Notes under the pieces: model-generated
Told to the model about the DNA's origin: nothing
Database searches by the model: none
Seen by the model: the letters and a program-made list of their open reading frames with translations, nothing else
Program-made: the position numbers and the translations under genes
Part shown: one piece after another, positions 58,604 to 64,000 of the stretch
Layout of the letters: each line of letters starts with the position of its first letter
Position numbering within the stretch: position 1 is the first letter of the stretch
Assembly: GCA_964607485.1 (NCBI GenBank)
Contig: CAZSKP010000003.1
Coordinates: 134,622-198,621 of the forward strand
Source of the DNA: an uncultured bacterium
Lineage (GTDB): Bacteria > Abyssobacteria > SURF-5
DNA: 64,000 nucleotides
Reading direction: 5' to 3'

Positions 58604-59573
58604 ATTCACGCAGCTTGTCGAACACATCGACAGACATGAAAGCTTTCTCCTGCTTTCGCACATCGACCCCGACGGCGATGCGATAGGCTCGCTCATTGCG
58701 CTGCAACTTCTGCTGAGACGAAAAGGGAAAGAGGTCGTCGCATACGACCGCGACGGCGTTCCCGAAATCTACCGATTCCTCAAGGGCTCCGACCAGATTG
58801 TCTCCACGATATCGTCCTCCGAGCGGTTCGACGTGGCGGTATTTCTCGAGTGTCCCACCCCGCAGCGCGCCGGAGAAGAGTGCCAGCCTCTGCTCGCGAA
58901 CATCCCCGTGTGGATCAACATAGACCACCACATGGAGAATTCCGCGTACGGGCATCTCAACATGATTGACGCCGAGCTGTGCGCGATCGCTCAGGTCCTC
59001 TTCGACCTCTTCGCCGCGATGAACGAACCGGTTGACCCGATAGCCGCCGAGGCGATCTATGCGGCGATCATGACCGATACCGGCTCTTACAAATTCGGCA
59101 ACACGACGCCGCGTGCGCACGAAATATCGGCGCGCCTGATCGAGCAGGGTGTGAATCCCTACGAGATGTACCAGAAGATATACGAAAACGTCGAGACCTC
59201 GGCCGCGCTGATTGCCGCACGCGCGCATTCAACGCTCGAGATCGACGACGGCATCTCGTGCATAACGATAACGCGCGCCATGCTAGACGAAACGGGCGCA
59301 ACGGCGGAGGACACACACGACATAATCAGCCTTGGCAGGGGCATAAAGGGCGTCGAGGTGGCGCTGCTTTTCAGAGAGACCGAGAACGGCGTCAAGGTCA
59401 GCCTCCGGTCGCGGAACCGCGTGAATGTGAACAAGATCGCCGTTGGGTTCGGCGGTGGCGGCCACTTGAGGGCGGCCGGCTGCACGATAAAGGGCGACAT
59501 GAAGCAGGCCAAGGAACAGATATACGCCGCCGTCAGAAAAGCCCTCGCCGATGCCCGCAGGGCCGAGGTTTAA
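58593..59573 (+). CDS. nrnA: DHH/DHHA1 oligoribonuclease / pAp phosphatase
   Basis: HIDPDGDAIGS, IDHH, TDTG, SLRS, GGGGH. Confidence 0.92.
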   Translation: MTNEFTQLVEHIDRHESFLLLSHIDPDGDAIGSLIALQLLLRRKGKEVVAYDRDGVPEIYRFLKGSDQIVSTISSSERFDVAVFLECPTPQRAGEECQPLLANIPVWINIDHHMENSAYGHLNMIDAELCAIAQVLFDLFAAMNEPVDPIAAEAIYAAIMTDTGSYKFGNTTPRAHEISARLIEQGVNPYEMYQKIYENVETSAALIAARAHSTLEIDDGISCITITRAMLDETGATAEDTHDIISLGRGIKGVEVALLFRETENGVKVSLRSRNRVNVNKIAVGFGGGGHLRAAGCTIKGDMKQAKEQIYAAVRKALADARRAEV

Positions 59574-59592
59574 GGAGCCGAGGCAGACGAAA

Positions 59593-60522
59593 ATGAGGGC
59601 TGAGCGACGCGTTCGCTCCGGCGGAATACTGCTCGTCGATAAGCCGGGCGGCATGACTTCGCACGACGTGGTGGCCGCGATAAGAAAGCATGTGAGGCCC
59701 CTTCGTGTCGGACACACGGGCACGCTCGACCCCCTCGCCGACGGGCTCTTGATTCTGTGCGTGGGCGAGGCCACCAAGATCGCCGGCTTCGTCGAGGCGC
59801 AGCACAAGCTCTACCGTGCCGTCGCGCTGCTGGGAGTCGAGACCGACACACAGGACGTCACGGGCAAGATAGTCGCTCAAACGCCGGTCGAGAACATAAC
59901 GGGGGACCGCGTCCGCGAGGCCGCCCGCTCGTTCGTCGGCACGATAGAGCAGACGCCGCCCGCATACTCGGCGGTCAAGGTCGGCGGAGTGAGCGCGCAC
60001 AAGTTGGCGAGACGGGGAAAGAGCGTCAGGCTTGAGCCCAGGCGAATCGAGATAAGGCGTCTCGAGATCGAACGCGTCGACCTCCCCAGGGTCCAGTTCT
60101 CTGTCGAATGCTCGAAGGGCACGTACGTGCGCACGCTCGCGAGCGACATGGGGAAATCGCTCGGCGTCGGGGGATGCCTGGAGTCGCTCAGGCGGCTCGC
60201 GGTCGGCCGGTTCGAGGTAGCCGATGCCAAGCCGCTTGCGGAATTGAGCTCGAAGGAAATGATAATGCAGGCTCTGTTGCCCGCCTCGGAGGCGCTCACG
60301 CACATGCCCGCCCTCAGATGCAGCGAGGAGCAGGCCGCGCAGCTTGCGCACGGCGTGGCGCTCACGGTCGGCGAGCAAATCGAACTCTCCGAGCAAGTGG
60401 GCCCATGGGCCCAGGCTTTGGGGCCGGAGGGCGGGCTGCTGGCCGTGGGCAGGCTCGTTCGGAACGGCGATAAGGTTTTGTTTCATCCCAAAAGAGTGCT
60501 GATAAACGGCAAAGGACGATAA
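59593..60522 (+). CDS. truB: tRNA pseudouridine(55) synthase
   Basis: DKPGGMTSHDVV, VGHTGTLDP, CSKGTYVR. Confidence 0.96.
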   Translation: MRAERRVRSGGILLVDKPGGMTSHDVVAAIRKHVRPLRVGHTGTLDPLADGLLILCVGEATKIAGFVEAQHKLYRAVALLGVETDTQDVTGKIVAQTPVENITGDRVREAARSFVGTIEQTPPAYSAVKVGGVSAHKLARRGKSVRLEPRRIEIRRLEIERVDLPRVQFSVECSKGTYVRTLASDMGKSLGVGGCLESLRRLAVGRFEVADAKPLAELSSKEMIMQALLPASEALTHMPALRCSEEQAAQLAHGVALTVGEQIELSEQVGPWAQALGPEGGLLAVGRLVRNGDKVLFHPKRVLINGKGR

Positions 60523-60554
60523 CCGCGCGGCTTCGGCCGCATTTGACGACCGCG

Positions 60555-61496
60555 ATGCTAATATTCACCAACGAGGACAAACAGATTCCCCCTTTGCGCT
60601 CGGTGTGTCTCACGCTGGGCATATTCGACGGGCTTCACCTCGGGCACCAGAGAATCATCCGGAGGGTGATCGAAAGGGCGAACCGCCTGGGTGGAACAAG
60701 CTGTGTGGTCACGTTCGACCCGCATCCCCGCGAGGTGCTGAGCCCCGAGGCCGCGCCCGACCTGCTCACCTCCACGGAGAAGAAGTCGCAACTGATACAG
60801 AGCCTCGGCGTCGAAGCCCTGTGCCTGATACGGTTCACGCCCGAATTCGCCAATATCGAGGCGCGCGCCTTCGTCAGAGATTTCCTCATCGGAACGCTCC
60901 ACATGAAGGCAATCGTCGTGGGATACGACTGGCGATTCGGGAAAGACCGCAAGGGCGACGTTCATCTGCTCAGGAAGATGAACGAGGGGAACGGATACGA
61001 CGTCGAGCAGGTGGACCGCATCGAGGTGGACGGTCAGCCGGTCAGCAGCACGCTCATCAGGGAGCTGGTGCTCGAAGGCGACCTGAAGCGCGTGGCCAAG
61101 TATCTGGGCCGGAGATACTCTATCACCGGCACCATTGTCGGAGGCGCCAAGTTTGGCAGGGAAATGGGTTTTCCGACCGCCAACATAGAGCCGCATCACG
61201 AGGCCGTTCCGCCCAACGGCATCTACGCCGTCTGGGTGGACATGGGCGATATCCGAAAACCGGGCACGCTCAACATAGGCTACAGGCCGACCGTGTCCAC
61301 CGAGAAGAAGAGGACGGTCGAAGTGCACATCATGGATTTTTATCACGATATTTACGACCAGCAGATCGAGGTCACCTTCGTTGAGAAATTGAGGGAGGAA
61401 AAGAAGTTTCCCTCGACGGACGCCCTGGCCGAGCAAATCAAGAAGGATGTCGAACGAGCGCGGAACATTTTGGTTGAACAAAGCGGCGGCTTGTGA
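60555..61496 (+). CDS. ribF: Riboflavin kinase / FAD synthetase
   Basis: GIFDGLHLGH, VSSTLIR, GFPTAN, IGYRPT. Confidence 0.96.
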   Translation: MLIFTNEDKQIPPLRSVCLTLGIFDGLHLGHQRIIRRVIERANRLGGTSCVVTFDPHPREVLSPEAAPDLLTSTEKKSQLIQSLGVEALCLIRFTPEFANIEARAFVRDFLIGTLHMKAIVVGYDWRFGKDRKGDVHLLRKMNEGNGYDVEQVDRIEVDGQPVSSTLIRELVLEGDLKRVAKYLGRRYSITGTIVGGAKFGREMGFPTANIEPHHEAVPPNGIYAVWVDMGDIRKPGTLNIGYRPTVSTEKKRTVEVHIMDFYHDIYDQQIEVTFVEKLREEKKFPSTDALAEQIKKDVERARNILVEQSGGL

Positions 61497-61545
61497 TATA
61501 ATTTCGCGCAACTGTCGATGACATATCGTGTTGAGGAGAGACAAG

Positions 61546-62319
61546 TTGAAGGCAATGATAATCGCCGGAAACTGGAAGATGCACAAGCTCACCGGCGAGG
61601 CCCGCACGCTTGCATCTGACCTGAAAGCAAGGCTTTCCGGGCTCGATTCGCCGGTCAAAGTTGTGCTGTGTCCGCCCTTCACCGCGCTGGCCGAGGTCGC
61701 CTCCGCCATTGCGGGCACGGACATCCTGCTGGGCGGTCAGAACGTGTACTGGGAAGAAAAGGGCGCCTACACGGGCGAGGTGTCTCCCTCGATGCTGAGA
61801 GACGCCGGCTGTGCCGTTGTCATCATCGGTCACTCTGAACGCCGCCACTTCTTCGGGGAAACGGACGAAACCGTCAGCAAGAAAATTCACGCGGCGCTCA
61901 AGGCGGGTCTCAAGCCGATTGTTTGCGTCGGCGAAACCGAGAGCCAGAGGGATCGGGGCAAGACAGATACGGTGATAGTCGGACAGATTCAAAACGGGCT
62001 GGCAAACCTGAGCCGTGAAGCGGCGGCAAAAATCATAATCGCGTATGAGCCGGTCTGGGCGATCGGCACGGGCAAAAACGCGACCCCCGAACAGGCGCAG
62101 GAAGTGCACGCGCTGATACGAAACCTGCTCGCCGATGCATTCAACCGGTCCGCCGCCTCATCGCTGCCCATTTTGTACGGGGGCAGCGTCAAACCCGACA
62201 ACGCGGACGAGCTGCTGGCTCAGCCCGATATCAACGGGGCGCTCGTGGGCGGGGCCAGTCTGGACGGCGACTCGTTCGAGAAGATTGTGCGCGCGGGCGT
62301 CAGGGCCGCGGGCAAGTGA
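61546..62319 (+). CDS. tpiA: Triosephosphate isomerase
   Basis: AGNWKM, GHSERR, AYEPVWAIGTG, YGGSV, LVGGASL. Confidence 0.97.
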   Translation: MKAMIIAGNWKMHKLTGEARTLASDLKARLSGLDSPVKVVLCPPFTALAEVASAIAGTDILLGGQNVYWEEKGAYTGEVSPSMLRDAGCAVVIIGHSERRHFFGETDETVSKKIHAALKAGLKPIVCVGETESQRDRGKTDTVIVGQIQNGLANLSREAAAKIIIAYEPVWAIGTGKNATPEQAQEVHALIRNLLADAFNRSAASSLPILYGGSVKPDNADELLAQPDINGALVGGASLDGDSFEKIVRAGVRAAGK

Positions 62320-62344
62320 ACACGAATCAAGGAGAAGACGAGTA

Positions 62345-62824
62345 ATGAATTGGGTCGGAATTCTTCTGTTAGCCATACACGTCCTTGCCTGCTTCGGAGT
62401 CATACTCATTGTGCTGTTGCAAACGGGAAAGGGCGCCTCGTTGGGAGCCGCGTTCGGCGGCGGCGCGAGCCAGACGGTTTTCGGAGCGCGAAGCGCAACT
62501 TTTATCGGCAGATTCACGTGGGTGCTCGCAGCCGCGTTCATGCTGACCTCGCTTCTTTTGACGATGATCTCTCCATGGCACAAGGCCGAGGGCGAGAAGG
62601 GCTCGACCATCCTTCATGAAGAGCCGGTCGCAACGCCGCCGGTGGGAGAAACCACTCAGCCGGAACTGCCGGGGACGATACCGCCGGCGGAGAATGTGCC
62701 CGAAACCGCCGGAGAAACACAGCAAGCACAACCGGCCGAACAGCCCATTCCGCCGGCTGAAAGTCAGGCGCAGCCGGAACCGGAGCCGCCGCACCCGACA
62801 CCGGAAACGCAGACACAGCCCTGA
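62345..62824 (+). CDS. secG: Preprotein translocase SecG with P/Q/E-rich tail
   Basis: IVLLQTGKGASLGAAFGGGASQTVFG; follows tpiA. Confidence 0.93.
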   Translation: MNWVGILLLAIHVLACFGVILIVLLQTGKGASLGAAFGGGASQTVFGARSATFIGRFTWVLAAAFMLTSLLLTMISPWHKAEGEKGSTILHEEPVATPPVGETTQPELPGTIPPAENVPETAGETQQAQPAEQPIPPAESQAQPEPEPPHPTPETQTQP

Positions 62825-62838
62825 GCACTCGTTCGGCT

Positions 62839-62880
62839 GCGGGAAAAGGACCATGCGCGCTTTTCCCATCCCGCTTTTTT
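62839..62880 (+). terminator. Possible intrinsic terminator after secG
   Basis: GCGGGA...TCCCGC followed by T6. Confidence 0.45.
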
Positions 62881-62914
62881 CATTCCCGACACGAAAGAAC
62901 TCTGAGGAATTCGT

Positions 62915-64000
62915 ATGGACGCCTTTGTAATCCGGGGCGGACGCCCCCTCAAGGGAAGGGTCAAGGTCAGGGGAGCAAAGAACGCCGTGCTGCCCATCAT
63001 GGCCGCCTCCCTGTTGGCCGATAAACCGTGTGTGATCGAGAACGTCCCCGTCCTGCGCGACATCGTCACAATGAGCAGGGTGCTCGAGCACATGGGCGCG
63101 AAAGTCCACGACGTGGGCACCGGCACGCTGACCATCGACGGGAGCGGGCTCAACGACCACGTCGCCCCTTACGAACTCGTGCGAACGATGAGGGCCTCCG
63201 TGCTGGCGATGGGACCGCTTCTGGCGAGGCTCGGCAAGGCCAAGGTCGCGCTGCCCGGCGGATGCGCCATCGGGCTGCGCCCCATCGACATTCACCTGAA
63301 GGGTATCGAGGCGCTCGGCGCGAAAGTGAAGATTGGGCGAGGATACGTGCAGGTGTCGGCCAAGAGCCTCAAGGGCGCCGAGGTGTATCTCGACTACCCG
63401 AGCGTCGGAGCGACGGAGAACATGATGATGGCGAGCGTGCTGGCTCAAGGGACGACCGTCATCGACAACGCCGCGCGCGAGCCCGAAATACAGGACCTGG
63501 CAAAGTTTCTCCGAGCGCTGGGCGCAAAGATAGAAGGTGAGGGCACGCAGAAGATAACCATCGAAGGAGTGAAACGCCTCGGCTCCGTCACGCACTGCGC
63601 GATTCCGGACAGGATTGAGGCCGGCACGTACCTCGTCGCGGGCGTGATCACGAAGGGAAGCGTCACGGTGGACGGCGTAATCGAGGAACACTTGAGACCG
63701 ATAATCTCGAAACTCGCGGAGACGGACTCGGACATCAGAGTCGAAGGCCCCTCGATAACCGCCTCGGCCTCGCGACACCTGCGACCGGTTGACCTTCGAA
63801 CGATGCCCTACCCGGGCTTCCCGACCGACATGCAGGCGCAGTTCATGACGCTGATGACCGTCACGCCGGGCGCGAGCTCGATCACGGAGACGGTGTTCGA
63901 AAACCGATTCATGCAGGTGGCCGAACTCAACCGGATGGGAGCCGACATCAGGATCGAGGGCAACACGGCGATTATCAACGGCGTTGCTCATCTCTCGGGG
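62915..64000 (+). CDS. murA: UDP-N-acetylglucosamine 1-carboxyvinyltransferase (partial)
   Basis: GAKNAVLP, MRAS, PGGCAIGLRPIDIH, PSVGATEN, YPGFPTDMQ; runs off the window. Confidence 0.96.
   Translation, partial: MDAFVIRGGRPLKGRVKVRGAKNAVLPIMAASLLADKPCVIENVPVLRDIVTMSRVLEHMGAKVHDVGTGTLTIDGSGLNDHVAPYELVRTMRASVLAMGPLLARLGKAKVALPGGCAIGLRPIDIHLKGIEALGAKVKIGRGYVQVSAKSLKGAEVYLDYPSVGATENMMMASVLAQGTTVIDNAAREPEIQDLAKFLRALGAKIEGEGTQKITIEGVKRLGSVTHCAIPDRIEAGTYLVAGVITKGSVTVDGVIEEHLRPIISKLAETDSDIRVEGPSITASASRHLRPVDLRTMPYPGFPTDMQAQFMTLMTVTPGASSITETVFENRFMQVAELNRMGADIRIEGNTAIINGVAHLSG

Overview
GC-rich bacterial chromosomal window, probably from an anaerobe (inference from gene content; taxon not determinable). 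Housekeeping blocks: partial ppiD/surA-like PPIase; yicC-remA-gmk-rpoZ-coaBC; prmA; rimP-nusA-infB-DUF503-rbfA-nrnA-truB-ribF-tpiA-secG-murA (partial). These alternate with accessory regions. The main accessory element is a ~12 kb island integrated at tRNA-Pro(CGG): intact tRNA 29207-29282, duplicated 3' end 17213-17244, truncated tyrosine integrase, 12-bp-periodic arm-like repeats and a comM scrap. Its cargo is a 7-gene operon: XRE-cupin regulator, hydantoinase/oxoprolinase A, hydantoinase B fused to an acetone-carboxylase-gamma-like Zn domain, acyl-CoA ligase, two-subunit B12 acyl-CoA mutase with a heavily remodelled active site, and acyl-CoA dehydrogenase. This is the best candidate for an undescribed catabolic system. 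Also present: a sigma54 operon (degenerate MazG-like protein plus a coiled-coil-less CT398/HP0958-like zinc ribbon), pspF-pspA-orf-pspB-pspC, an orphan minimal flagellin behind a sigma70-type promoter, a YtrA-type ABC system with permease-beta-propeller fusions, an isobutyryl-CoA mutase-type large subunit, an ECF sigma/anti-sigma pair and several families of REP-like palindromes. No CRISPR array or rRNA was seen. All family calls come from motif recognition by eye; no database searches were run.
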